Shown here: in pieces, positions 1-9,077 of the stretch | Layout of the letters: each line of letters opens with the position of its first letter | How positions within the stretch are numbered: the stretch's first letter is position 1 | Assembly: GCA_965199825.1 (NCBI GenBank) | Contig: OZ241329.1 | Span: forward strand, 1,280,362-1,344,361 | DNA: 64,000 nucleotides | Direction: 5' to 3' | Origin: Bdellovibrionales bacterium | GTDB taxonomy: Bacteria; Bdellovibrionota; Bdellovibrionia; Bdellovibrionales; UBA1609 | The notes under the pieces: model-generated | Told to the model about the DNA's origin: nothing | What the model saw: only the letters and a program-made list of their open reading frames with translations | The model's database searches: none | Translations under genes and position numbers: made by a program

Positions 1-130
1 TAGATTCCGTTTTCTGATTGGCCCAAAAGGAGCATTCAGGTGAAAATTGCGTTCATGTTTTTGAGCAATATCATACTGCTTAAAAAGTTCCAGACCTTTT
101 AAAAACTGCATATAGGATTTTTTACTAAAT

Positions 131-1012
131 ATGTTTAGCGATAATTATGGATTAAAAATTTCGATTCCCTATAAAGCCCCTTTTGAATTTGGGGCGTTAC
201 TCAATCATTACCGCAACTACAAAATTGGCGAGCTCGAAGAATTCGATGAGCATAAGATGTATCGCATCGTGAATTTTGAAAATACAGTGGGCAAGGTTGC
301 GATCTCAGACGAACCGCAAAAAAATTCGGTTTTGGTAGAGATTGATTATCCAGAGGCACTTAAAGTTGATGAGATTCTCTCACGCGTGAAAGCGATGTTT
401 GATCTTGAATCCGATCCGGAAATTATCGCCAAGGCCTTGTCGGTGGATGATCATTTTAAAAAAATTGTGGAGAAACATCCGGGCCTTCGAATGCCCTCGG
501 GGTGGGATTCGTTTGAGCTTGCGATCGGGACAATTCTTGGCCAGTTGGTCAGCACCCAAAGAGCGCGCGAACTTGTGAGAGATTTGATTGAGTTGGTCGG
601 AAGTGAAATCGTATTTGAGGGTAAATCGATCAGACTTTTCCCGACTCCAGAACAGCTTGCAAATGCTGATCTTGAAAAACTCAAAACAACTAAGATTCGT
701 AAACGAACCTTAAAAACATTTGCCCAGCATATTGTGGACAAAACCTTGTCTTTCGATCCTGATCAGGATGCGGATCAATTTATCAAAAACGCCTTAAGCA
801 TTTCGGGTATAGGTCCCTGGACCGCAAACTATATGGCGCTAAAATGTTTGCGCCATGCCGATGCCTTTCCTGGATCAGATTTAATTTTGGCGCGTGCGCT
901 TCAGATTCATTCAAGATCCACCATCGAAAAGATGAGCCCTTGGCAAGGATATGCCGCAATCTTATTGTGGCGCGAATACGCAGGACTTTTAAAAAAGGAG
1001 AAATCAAAATGA
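131..1012 (+). CDS. alkA: DNA-3-methyladenine glycosylase II (AlkA-like, HhH-GPD superfamily)
   Basis: 293-aa ORF. The helix-hairpin-helix/GPD region 'ISGIGPWTANYMALKCLRHADAFPGSDLIL' parallels the E. coli AlkA HhH plus catalytic-Asp segment. Its stop overlaps the next start as ATGA, pairing it with an ogt-like repair gene. Confidence 0.8.
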   Translation: MFSDNYGLKISIPYKAPFEFGALLNHYRNYKIGELEEFDEHKMYRIVNFENTVGKVAISDEPQKNSVLVEIDYPEALKVDEILSRVKAMFDLESDPEIIAKALSVDDHFKKIVEKHPGLRMPSGWDSFELAIGTILGQLVSTQRARELVRDLIELVGSEIVFEGKSIRLFPTPEQLANADLEKLKTTKIRKRTLKTFAQHIVDKTLSFDPDQDADQFIKNALSISGIGPWTANYMALKCLRHADAFPGSDLILARALQIHSRSTIEKMSPWQGYAAILLWREYAGLLKKEKSK

Positions 1013-1488
1013 AAATTCAATGGGAGATGCGATCAACGATTTGCCCCCTCTTTTTAGTTGCCTCAGACCAAGGGATTCATGGGGTTCATTGGACAAAACA
1101 GCCGATTGAATTTGCCCCTGATTTAAAAGGATCTACTCGTCGCATCGAAATTTTAAAGGAGACCATCTTTCAAATCGAGCAGTATTTTTCGGGTCAAAGA
1201 AAAGTTTTTGATGTTCCACTTGTGGCCCACGGAACCGAATTTCAACTCAAAGTATGGGAAGAGCTCAAAAAAATTCCTTATGGTAAGACCTGCTCTTATT
1301 CTGATATTGCTCAAAGGGTCGAAAATAAAAAAGCGGTGCGCGCGGTGGGTGCAGCCAATGGCAAAAATCCGATCTCAATACTAGTTCCCTGTCACCGAGT
1401 GATCGGTGCAAACGGAAAGCTTACCGGATTTGCAGGTGGACTAGATATCAAATTAAAACTATTGAGAGTCGAGAAGTCTCTTCTCTAA
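1009..1488 (+). CDS. ogt: methylated-DNA--protein-cysteine S-methyltransferase
   Basis: Carries the active-site motif 'LVPCHRVIG' and the preceding 'AVGAANGKNPISILVP'. I set the start at ATG 1009 (MKIQWEM...), which overlaps the alkA stop as ATGA. The ORF-track start at 844 lies inside alkA. Confidence 0.85.
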   Translation: MKIQWEMRSTICPLFLVASDQGIHGVHWTKQPIEFAPDLKGSTRRIEILKETIFQIEQYFSGQRKVFDVPLVAHGTEFQLKVWEELKKIPYGKTCSYSDIAQRVENKKAVRAVGAANGKNPISILVPCHRVIGANGKLTGFAGGLDIKLKLLRVEKSLL

Positions 1489-1564
1489 AATTATTTAGAA
1501 AAAAAGAGAACTTGCCGCCAAAATCTTGAGTTGACCTCCGAACCAAAATTATTAAAATTTTTGA

Positions 1565-2968
1565 GTGATAAACTTATTACTTTTTATGGTGGGACTGCAG
1601 GTCACACGCAGTGCCCATGCTAATTTTTTGGGCAATGGCACCCAAAATTTTAATCCTATTGCCGGATCGAGCACTTATACCATGGTTCACGACCGTGACG
1701 CACAGTCTCTCAACACCCTAAGCACCTCTTTTTTTTTAAGTGAAGCCTGGAATAGCCTTCCAGATACTTTTTTAAATGGAAGTCCCGTCCATTCTAAAGA
1801 CACCACGCTATCTGGTGATTTGGGTTTACGTTACGGCATTTTGAACCACGTTGATTTTGATCTCAATGTGAGTAGCCTATTTAGTCAGCAAACCAACCGT
1901 GAGTTGAGTGGGGCTCAGTTTTCTTCTAGCGGATTAAACAATCTTCGTGTTGGTGCAAAATACAATTTTTTGGATAAGGCGGAGTGGGGATTGAGTTCGG
2001 TCATTTCGCTTGATCTGAATCAAGCACGCCAAAATCCATTTGTCGGAAACAAGGCTGGCCCCATTTATAATATTGAAGGAATTGTTGATCGAAAATTAAG
2101 ATCAACCGCTATTGCGTTAAATGTGGGTTACCGCGTTCGACGAGGCGAGAACATTCCAAACTCTGTCTACTCGGCTTTGTCGGATCAATATATTGCATCG
2201 CTCGGTGTACGCCAATTTTTAAGTCAACGGTGGTCTGTCTCAACCGAAATTGCAGCATCAAAATTTTCACATTCGGTTTATTCAACAAATTCGAATGAGA
2301 TTCCAGCCGAACTGCTTGTGACCACACGATTCAATCAAAACCAATGGATGTGGAATATGGGTGGGGGTGCCCGAATCAGTAATGGTTTATTCACACCAGA
2401 TTGGCGTTTATTTGTTGGTGTCTCATTGGATATTGGCTCTAAAAAACCAGAGCGTCACGCCCAACTCAATGCCGAAGATGTGATCCAAAACTTCGAAGTG
2501 CCCTTTGACCACATGATGAAATCACATGAATTTCGTTTGGTTAAAACCGTCGATCATGAGGGTTTTACGAGTGATAAGCCGCCTTTTGAATTAATAAGGC
2601 TTTATAAATTTGATTTTGATTTTGGTTCGACCAAACTTCGGCCGGAGTACATTGCCTTGATCGATCAGATCGGCAGTTATTTGGACTCTCCTCCACCGGT
2701 ATTAAAAGTGAGGGTTGAGGGGCACACAGATTCACTCGGACTCAGAGAAAGAAACCGAATTGTGGGGCAGGGCCGAGCCGACAATTTGGTCGGATATCTC
2801 AAAGAGCGAGGTTTTTTAAAAAGCATTCCGGTTGAGGCCGTGGGATATGGTCCTGACCGGCCCATCGCCGATAATGCCACCATCAGCGGCCGCCAGCAAA
2901 ATCGCAGAGTTGAAATTCGAATTTTGCGAAGTCCACAATCACAAAAAAATCTAAAGGATGATTTATGA
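1565..2968 (+). CDS. OmpA-family outer-membrane protein (beta-rich N-domain plus C-terminal OmpA/MotB peptidoglycan-binding domain)
   Basis: Signal-like N-terminus ending 'SAHA'. C-terminal OmpA signature 'VRVEGHTDSLG...GRADNLVGYL...NRRVEIRIL'. The stop overlaps the next start (ATGA at 2965-2968). The start codon is uncertain (non-ATG at 1565). Confidence 0.75.
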   Translation: MINLLLFMVGLQVTRSAHANFLGNGTQNFNPIAGSSTYTMVHDRDAQSLNTLSTSFFLSEAWNSLPDTFLNGSPVHSKDTTLSGDLGLRYGILNHVDFDLNVSSLFSQQTNRELSGAQFSSSGLNNLRVGAKYNFLDKAEWGLSSVISLDLNQARQNPFVGNKAGPIYNIEGIVDRKLRSTAIALNVGYRVRRGENIPNSVYSALSDQYIASLGVRQFLSQRWSVSTEIAASKFSHSVYSTNSNEIPAELLVTTRFNQNQWMWNMGGGARISNGLFTPDWRLFVGVSLDIGSKKPERHAQLNAEDVIQNFEVPFDHMMKSHEFRLVKTVDHEGFTSDKPPFELIRLYKFDFDFGSTKLRPEYIALIDQIGSYLDSPPPVLKVRVEGHTDSLGLRERNRIVGQGRADNLVGYLKERGFLKSIPVEAVGYGPDRPIADNATISGRQQNRRVEIRILRSPQSQKNLKDDL

Positions 2969-3531
2969 AAAGCCTGAGCTCGCTTTTTTGGGTTTTATTT
3001 TTGATCTCGTGCTCGCCAGCCGCTTTTGATACGGTGAAACCGACCACAGACACCACTCTCTCCCCGCGAGCGCCATCACTGGTCTATAGCACGATCACTG
3101 TCACAGGACCCTCGATTGCCGATGGTATTACGCCAACTCTGGTTACGGTTAAGCTTATGGACCAAAACAACACCCCCATCGTTGGTGCACTTTTGCAAAT
3201 GACCGTTTCAGGTATGCAAAATGTGGTGGTCAACTTCACCCCATCAAATCAAAATGGTCTTGCCTACGGAAAAATTTATTCCTCTTTTGCCGAAATCAAA
3301 ACTGTAACGGCAATTGGACAAATTACTCTAAATAAACAATTAATATTTAATCGAGTTTCTTATACCCGCAGTGTGATTGGCATTACAAGCTCCGGAAATG
3401 TCCAACGTGCGGTCACAGGCCAAAAATTTATTACCATTATCGGAAACGCGTTTGCACCCGCACCTATCAAGGACTCAACAGGAACAAAAAGAACATTGCC
3501 GTCTATCTTAGGCGGGATCGTCGATAACTAA
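2965..3531 (+). CDS. lipoprotein with bacterial Ig-like (invasin/Big_1-type) domain
   Basis: Lipobox 'FLISC'. Ig-like segment 'ITVTGPSIADGITPTLVTVKLMDQNNTPIVGALLQMTVSG'. An AAGGAG RBS for the fibre gene follows its stop directly. A similar ~185-aa lipoprotein sits at 61082-61627. Confidence 0.6.
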   Translation: MKSLSSLFWVLFLISCSPAAFDTVKPTTDTTLSPRAPSLVYSTITVTGPSIADGITPTLVTVKLMDQNNTPIVGALLQMTVSGMQNVVVNFTPSNQNGLAYGKIYSSFAEIKTVTAIGQITLNKQLIFNRVSYTRSVIGITSSGNVQRAVTGQKFITIIGNAFAPAPIKDSTGTKRTLPSILGGIVDN

Positions 3532-3545
3532 AAGGAGAACATCAA

Positions 3546-6500
3546 GTGACAACAGCAATTTTTGGTTTTGTATTTTTGATTTCAAATGCGGCTTTTGCCG
3601 CAGATCCTCCGTTGATGTTCAATTTTAGTGGAAAGCTGTTTCAATCAAACGGAGTTGATCCTGTTGAAAACGCTTCGGTCACTTTCAAAACCCAAATCTT
3701 ATCGCCCGATGGGACATGTTTGCTTTTTGAACAAACCGATTTTCGCGATATGACGAGTACGGGCGGTGTGTTTTCGTTGATGGTTGGGACCGGCACGGTA
3801 TCAAACGCAAGTGCTCTAAGTATTCCCCAAGTATTCGATAATTTAAGTCCAAAAACGGGCGCTGCAAACTGCAACTACACTCCCGCAAGTGGTGATTCAA
3901 GACGGATACGTTTTAGTTATAATGATGGCTCATCAACCATTTTGTTGCCCACCGATCAGTGGGTAGCGAGTGTGCCCTATGCTCTTACCGCACAATCACT
4001 TGGAGGCCTGGGCAAAGATGGCTTTATCCAAGTGTCTTCGAACATTACCCAAACAAATCTTGAATCTCTCACCCAAAATGTTTCAGCCATATTAAATGTG
4101 GCTTCGGGCACATCGACCACCTACGCAAAAAGTTCTGACTTACCGGTGACCAATGGGGTTTTAGATCTCTCTTCAAGAGGGGTTGAGGTTCCAAACGTAC
4201 CGCCAGCCGCGATTTTTGCTGTAAACAAAAATTATTCAGACGCCAATATTGCCGGTAGAGCAGTCGATGTGAGCACTCTTGCAAACGGGCAAGCACTGGT
4301 TTGGAATTCGACTCTGAACAAATGGCAAGCCAACACCCTGGCGATGGGAACTGTGACCTCAATCACCGCAGGTTCTGGATTAACCGGTGGAACCATTAAT
4401 GGGAGCGGCACAATCGCTTTAAATAGTGTGGGCACCGCCGGCACCTATTCAAAAGTCACTACGGACTCATCGGGACGAGTGGTGAGTGGAAGTAGCTTAC
4501 AGCAAAGCGATATGACGACAGCACTTGGTTACACCCCTCTAAACAAAGCAGGAGACACTTTGTCTGGTGACTTAAATCTTGCGGGTCATAATCTTATAAA
4601 CACAGGTTATTTAACTCTCGGAAGCGGAAAATATTTAAGTTTGGGAAGTTTTGATACCACCACAGAAGGAGCCTTGATCACCTCAACTCTTTCACCCGGT
4701 GGAATGACCTATGCCGGCGTGGAATGGTTTAACACTGCCACAAAAACAATAAAATATTGGGACGGGACACAGCCTCAGATTTTGACTTCAAGTGTGAGCG
4801 GAGGGGCACTTCAAAGTTTTAATGGTCAAACCGCCGCGACACAAACAATCGGATTTGGGTCGACGGGTCTTTTGCCGAATGTGACATCACTCAATGGTGT
4901 GCATACTTTTAATTTTCCGATGGCTTCGGGTGCAGGAATTACCGCCGGGCTAATTTCAAATTCGGATTACGCCATCTTCTCATCAAAGCAAGCAAGCCTC
5001 GGATACACACCGATTGACCGCAGCGGTAGCAACTCGATGGCGGCCAATCTAAATATGTCGCCCGATAATGGAACAACCACATTTAAGATCACCAATCTTA
5101 GGGATCCCACTGCAGCTCAAGATGCCGCAACAAAAAATTATGCCGATCAAACTGTCGCCGGAAATAAATCGTCCATCGGTATTTTAAATAATTCAACGGA
5201 CATAAACAAAATCGCTCAGTGGACAGGTACGACCACAGGTTGGATGATGACCATTCCAACAAATGGAACCGTCACCAATGTGACAGCGTCAGCTCCCTTA
5301 TCTGTCAATACGTCATCAACGACCCCACAGCTCTTTTTGCAGGCGGCCGCTATGTCAGGACAATCGTTAAGTTGGAATGGATCGGCATGGGTCAGTGGTT
5401 TTGCAAATACCAGTCAGTTGCGATCGGCTACCGGAACAAATCAATTTCCGACCAACTGTACCGCCTCCCAAACCCTTGTGTACTCCTCGGTGTCGGACAC
5501 ATTTCAGTGCACAAATATCACGGTGGCTGCAGCCACCGGAATTGCAACTCCTGGCACCTATCGCTCGGTGGTTGTGGATACAACCGGCCGCGTGACCAGT
5601 GGAACAAATCCGACAACACTTGCTGGCTACGGCATTACCGATGTGGTTCCGGTATTAACAGGTGTAGATTCCGCAAAACCCACAGCGTCGATCAACGGCC
5701 GAATATATGTAGCAGCTGATAGTAAAATTATTTATTTAGACAATGGCAGTCTATGGATCCCGGTGGCCTCTAACGGGAGTGTTGGCTCATCATTCTCGAG
5801 TCTTACAGGCGACGTTTCAGCCAGCGGGACGGGTGCAGCGAGTGCCGTGGTCAACAGCGTCGGAGGATCCACCGCACTCAACGTTCATTCCGCAGAAGTT
5901 TTGGCCAATGCCTCTACAAACTCAAACACCGCAAGCACTATTGTGAAGAGAGATGGCAGCGGCAACTTTGCGGCGAACAGTTTAAATTTAAGTTCGGTGG
6001 TTTTAAAAGACAGCTCCACAAATTCACTAACTCTGCAATCGCCTACGACTTATTCCACCTACGCACTTACGTTTCCAGCCGCAGCCCCAAGCAGCAACAA
6101 TCAGATTTTGAGTTCAACAACAGCTGGCGTTTTATCGTGGACTTCGCCTTACGCGGACACCAATGCTCGCGCGGCGATTTCGGCGAGTTCCCCTTTGAGT
6201 TACAATTCAACAACCGGTGCACTTTCGATTTCGACTCTTTCAAGTTTGACCGGAGATGTAACCGCAAGCGGGACGGGTGCAGTAAGTTCAGTCGTCAATA
6301 GTGTTGGAGGCTCCACCGCATCGAATCTTCATGCGGCAGAGGTGTTGGCCAATGCCTCCACCAATACAAACACCGCAAGCACCATTGTGAAGAGAGACGG
6401 CAGCGGAAATTTTGCGGCGAACAATATAAATTTAAGTTCGGTGGTTTTGAAAGACAGCTCAACAAATTCGCTAACTTTGCAATCGCCTACGACTTATTCT

Positions 6501-8300
6501 AGTTATGCACTTACGTTTCCAGCGGCGGCACCGAGTAGCAACAATCAGATTTTAAGTTCCACAACGGCTGGAGTTTTATCTTGGACTTCGCCTTACGCGG
6601 ACAGCAATGCTCGCGCGGCGATCTCAGCCAGTGCGCCATTGAGTTACAATTCGACAACCGGTGCAGTTTCGATTTCAAATTTACCTGTTGCAAACGGCGG
6701 AACCAACTCAACCGCAGCACTAAATAATAATAGTTTAATGATCTCAAGTGGAGGTGCTATCGTCGAGGCTTCGGCTTTAACTCACGGACAAATATTAATT
6801 GGATCTACAGGTGCTGCACCCACCGCTGCGACTCTGACTGCAGGAAGTGGAATTGCGATCACAAATGCGGCAGGTTCGATCACTATTGCTGCGAATGCGG
6901 CATTGGGCTCGGCGAGCGGGGATCTCTCAGGAACATTTCCCTCGCCGACGGTTGCAAAAATCCAAGGGGTGGCAGTGAGTTCAACCAGTCCAACCAGTGG
7001 GCGATTTATGGAATACAACGGAACAAATTGGATCGACAAATCGGTGAACATTACCGATCTTAAGAGCTCGATTGCAGGAAATTTGTTTAGCTCGCCCAAT
7101 TGCTCGGCTGCACAAACTTTATCGTGGAGTGCGATCAGTGATCAATTTAGTTGCGTCACGATTGCGATCACCGACAGCAATGTGACCTTTGGAACAAAAG
7201 CGGCAAATACAATTTTGGCTGCACCCAGTGGCAGCAGCGGAACGCCCACCTTTCGCGCACTCGCGGCCACAGATTTACCGAGCGGGGTTGTGACTGCCGG
7301 GACCTACAATACGGTCAGCGTGGATACTTACGGCCGTGTGACAGCGGGCACCAATCCGACCACTCTCTCAGGACATGGAATTACGGATGCGGTACAAAAT
7401 GCGGGAGGCATACCATCGCTCACATCTGGACTGGATGCCGCAAAAGGAAGTGCCACAACAGCTGGTCGCCTTTACGTTGCCACCGACACATTAAAAATAT
7501 ATCGCGACACCGGTTCCAGTTGGACGGTGGTGTCTTCGGCAAATGGGAGTGGTGGAACCTTAACCTCGCTCACTGCAGGCGCAGGCTTGACTGGTGGAAC
7601 TGTCACCGCAACTGGCACACTCGCGGTTGACTCCGGAACAACGGCCAACAAAATTGTTGTCCTTGATGCCAATGCCAAACTTCCCGCGGTGGATGGCAGT
7701 CAACTTACCAATCTTCCTCAACCCACTATGGCCACCTACACTAATGTCTATTCCACCGATGCAACCTCAACTTGGACAGTCCCCGCAGGGGTCACACGCG
7801 TTTATGTTCAAGTTTGGGGAGCAGGCGGCGGCGGGGGCGGCGGAAACGCCCTTGGTATGGGCGGCAGCGGCGGTGGAGGCGGCGGATATGGCGCAGCTTT
7901 TCTCACTGTTACACCCGGAGCCGCAATGGCCGCGACTGTGGGTACCGCCGGAACCGGAGCTGCCGCGGCAGCGGCAGGTGGGGCTGGGGGCAGCTCGATT
8001 TTCTCAACAATCACTGCGACGGGAGGCGCCGGAGAGATCGGCTCTGGTCAGGCCCCAATCGCGGGCGGAACTTCAAGCGCAACCATAAATGTGGCGGGTG
8101 GACGTGGATCTTCGGGGGCATCGGGTTCTTCTGGTGGCACGGGCGGAGCTGCGGGTGGTGGTGGCGGCTCCGGCGGTGGTGGATCTTCTTCGAACACGAT
8201 TGCCGGCGGTGCGGGTTCGACACCTGGTGGTGGCGGCGGCGGGGGCGGAGGAGCTGCCAGCGGCGCTGGCGGATCGGGACGGGTCACAATCTGGTATTAA
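3546..8300 (+). CDS. giant tail-fibre-like surface protein (signal peptide, fibre-family N-module, phage tail-fibre repeats, glycine-rich C-terminal domain)
   Basis: 1584-aa ORF with a GTG start 8 nt after AAGGAG and a signal peptide ending 'AAFA'. The N-terminal ~190 aa align with the N-modules of the five fibres at 41739-61072 ('FSGKLFQSNG...VASVPYALTAQSL' vs 'FQGQLLKDG...VIQSVPYAIEAERL'). It carries phage tail-fibre repeats 'GTYRSVVVDTTGRVTSGTNPTTLAGYGITD' and 'GTYNTVSVDTYGRVTAGTNPTTLSGHGITD'. Confidence 0.85.
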   Translation: MTTAIFGFVFLISNAAFAADPPLMFNFSGKLFQSNGVDPVENASVTFKTQILSPDGTCLLFEQTDFRDMTSTGGVFSLMVGTGTVSNASALSIPQVFDNLSPKTGAANCNYTPASGDSRRIRFSYNDGSSTILLPTDQWVASVPYALTAQSLGGLGKDGFIQVSSNITQTNLESLTQNVSAILNVASGTSTTYAKSSDLPVTNGVLDLSSRGVEVPNVPPAAIFAVNKNYSDANIAGRAVDVSTLANGQALVWNSTLNKWQANTLAMGTVTSITAGSGLTGGTINGSGTIALNSVGTAGTYSKVTTDSSGRVVSGSSLQQSDMTTALGYTPLNKAGDTLSGDLNLAGHNLINTGYLTLGSGKYLSLGSFDTTTEGALITSTLSPGGMTYAGVEWFNTATKTIKYWDGTQPQILTSSVSGGALQSFNGQTAATQTIGFGSTGLLPNVTSLNGVHTFNFPMASGAGITAGLISNSDYAIFSSKQASLGYTPIDRSGSNSMAANLNMSPDNGTTTFKITNLRDPTAAQDAATKNYADQTVAGNKSSIGILNNSTDINKIAQWTGTTTGWMMTIPTNGTVTNVTASAPLSVNTSSTTPQLFLQAAAMSGQSLSWNGSAWVSGFANTSQLRSATGTNQFPTNCTASQTLVYSSVSDTFQCTNITVAAATGIATPGTYRSVVVDTTGRVTSGTNPTTLAGYGITDVVPVLTGVDSAKPTASINGRIYVAADSKIIYLDNGSLWIPVASNGSVGSSFSSLTGDVSASGTGAASAVVNSVGGSTALNVHSAEVLANASTNSNTASTIVKRDGSGNFAANSLNLSSVVLKDSSTNSLTLQSPTTYSTYALTFPAAAPSSNNQILSSTTAGVLSWTSPYADTNARAAISASSPLSYNSTTGALSISTLSSLTGDVTASGTGAVSSVVNSVGGSTASNLHAAEVLANASTNTNTASTIVKRDGSGNFAANNINLSSVVLKDSSTNSLTLQSPTTYSSYALTFPAAAPSSNNQILSSTTAGVLSWTSPYADSNARAAISASAPLSYNSTTGAVSISNLPVANGGTNSTAALNNNSLMISSGGAIVEASALTHGQILIGSTGAAPTAATLTAGSGIAITNAAGSITIAANAALGSASGDLSGTFPSPTVAKIQGVAVSSTSPTSGRFMEYNGTNWIDKSVNITDLKSSIAGNLFSSPNCSAAQTLSWSAISDQFSCVTIAITDSNVTFGTKAANTILAAPSGSSGTPTFRALAATDLPSGVVTAGTYNTVSVDTYGRVTAGTNPTTLSGHGITDAVQNAGGIPSLTSGLDAAKGSATTAGRLYVATDTLKIYRDTGSSWTVVSSANGSGGTLTSLTAGAGLTGGTVTATGTLAVDSGTTANKIVVLDANAKLPAVDGSQLTNLPQPTMATYTNVYSTDATSTWTVPAGVTRVYVQVWGAGGGGGGGNALGMGGSGGGGGGYGAAFLTVTPGAAMAATVGTAGTGAAAAAAGGAGGSSIFSTITATGGAGEIGSGQAPIAGGTSSATINVAGGRGSSGASGSSGGTGGAAGGGGGSGGGGSSSNTIAGGAGSTPGGGGGGGGGAASGAGGSGRVTIWY
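5797..6678 (+). repeat. in-frame tandem duplication, 2 x 441 nt (2 x 147 aa) inside the fibre gene
   Basis: 'SSLTGDVSASGTGAASAVVNSVGGSTALNVHSAEVLANASTN...SPLSYNSTTGALSISTL' is followed immediately by 'SSLTGDVTASGTGAVSSVVNSVGGSTASNLHAAEVLANASTN...APLSYNSTTGAVSISNL'. By eye the two copies differ at about 14 of 147 residues. Confidence 0.85.
7731..8297 (+). other. glycine-rich C-terminal domain of the fibre; local GC-rich patch
   Basis: 'TWTVPAGVTRVYVQVWGAGGGGGGG...GGYGAAFLTVTPGAAMAATVGTAGTG...' followed by long G/S/A runs. The pattern resembles the bacterial/ALK-type glycine-rich domain family (recalled as Pfam Gly_rich, unverified). The GGN codon runs create many spurious P/A/R-rich shadow ORFs on the other frames. 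Confidence 0.6.
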
Positions 8301-8986
8301 TCCTCGATCGAAAAGCAATAGCCCTTTTTGATTACCGCCTTTAGATACTGAGCGGATGGCCCAATTTTTTTACGTAACGTAGAAATATGGGCATCCACTG
8401 TGTGATCCGATACATGAACCGCACTGCCCCAAACTTGACCGACAAGGTCTTGTCGACTCAGAGTCACCCCTTGGTTTTGGAGAAAGTGCATCATCAATTT
8501 AAATTCGGTGGGTGTCAGATTCAAATCTTCGCGATCACCCGAAGAAGGACTTCTAAATATTTTTTGCAATTTCAGATCAATTCCAAAATTCGCCTTTTCA
8601 AAAAAAGTCTCCATCGCGGGCGACGATCGCTTCAGTTTTGATGCCACACGCGCCTTAAACTCTCGCGGCTCAAGAGGCTTTGTGATGTAGTCATCAGCAC
8701 CCAGCGCAAAACCTTGCACCCGCTGCTCCACCTCGGACAATGCGGTCAAAAAGATGATCGGAGTGTTGGCCCAACGCGAACTCTCGCGCAGCTTTTGGCA
8801 AAACTCAAAACCATTTCCATCGGGCAATTCAACATCCAAAATAAATAGATCAACATTCAAGGTCTCAAGTTTAGCCATGGCCTCTTTGATGGTACCCGCG
8901 ATGGTGAGTTCGCAAAGAGATGAGATTGTGGACTGGACTAATTTTGCGGTGAGAGCATTGTCTTCGACACAGAGGACAGTGGGCAT
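8297..8986 (-). CDS. OmpR/PhoB-family response regulator (receiver plus winged-helix)
   Basis: Receiver 'VLCVEDN...DLFILDVELPDGNGFE...ITKP'. Winged-helix 'LTPTEFKLMMHF...VDAHISTLRKKI...GYCF'. I set the start at ATG 8986 (MPTVLCVEDN). There is a 4-nt convergent overlap with the fibre gene stop. Confidence 0.85.
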   Translation of the reverse strand: MPTVLCVEDNALTAKLVQSTISSLCELTIAGTIKEAMAKLETLNVDLFILDVELPDGNGFEFCQKLRESSRWANTPIIFLTALSEVEQRVQGFALGADDYITKPLEPREFKARVASKLKRSSPAMETFFEKANFGIDLKLQKIFRSPSSGDREDLNLTPTEFKLMMHFLQNQGVTLSRQDLVGQVWGSAVHVSDHTVDAHISTLRKKIGPSAQYLKAVIKKGYCFSIED

Positions 8987-9077
8987 GGGGGCTCCTTTGT
9001 TAATATATTTGTCTAAAGCAGACGGAGCAGCAACTGTTTTTGGGGAGGGCGAAACCAAGACGAGACTAATAGTCTAC

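Noticed and set aside
1-111. A possible 5' fragment of a minus-strand gene starting at ATG 111-109 (MQFLKGLELFKQYDIAQKHERNFHLNAPFGPIRKRNL...) that runs off the window
   Set aside because: Only 37 codons are visible and I recognised no family, so there is too little evidence to call it a gene. It may nevertheless be real, as it lies divergent to alkA.
844-1008. An N-terminal extension of ogt (ORF-track start at 844)
   Set aside because: The extension lies inside the alkA coding frame and has odd composition. The conserved protein starts at ATG 1009, with the classic ATGA coupling.
7472-8344. A cluster of long ORFs on other frames and the opposite strand (e.g. 7594-8088, 7772-8344, 7808-8014, 8048-8287, 8073-8318) encoding Pro/Arg/Ala-rich peptides
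   Set aside because: They are shadow ORFs created by the GC-rich GGN/GCN codon runs of the glycine-rich fibre domain. They have no RBS, are of low complexity and lie entirely inside a well-supported gene.
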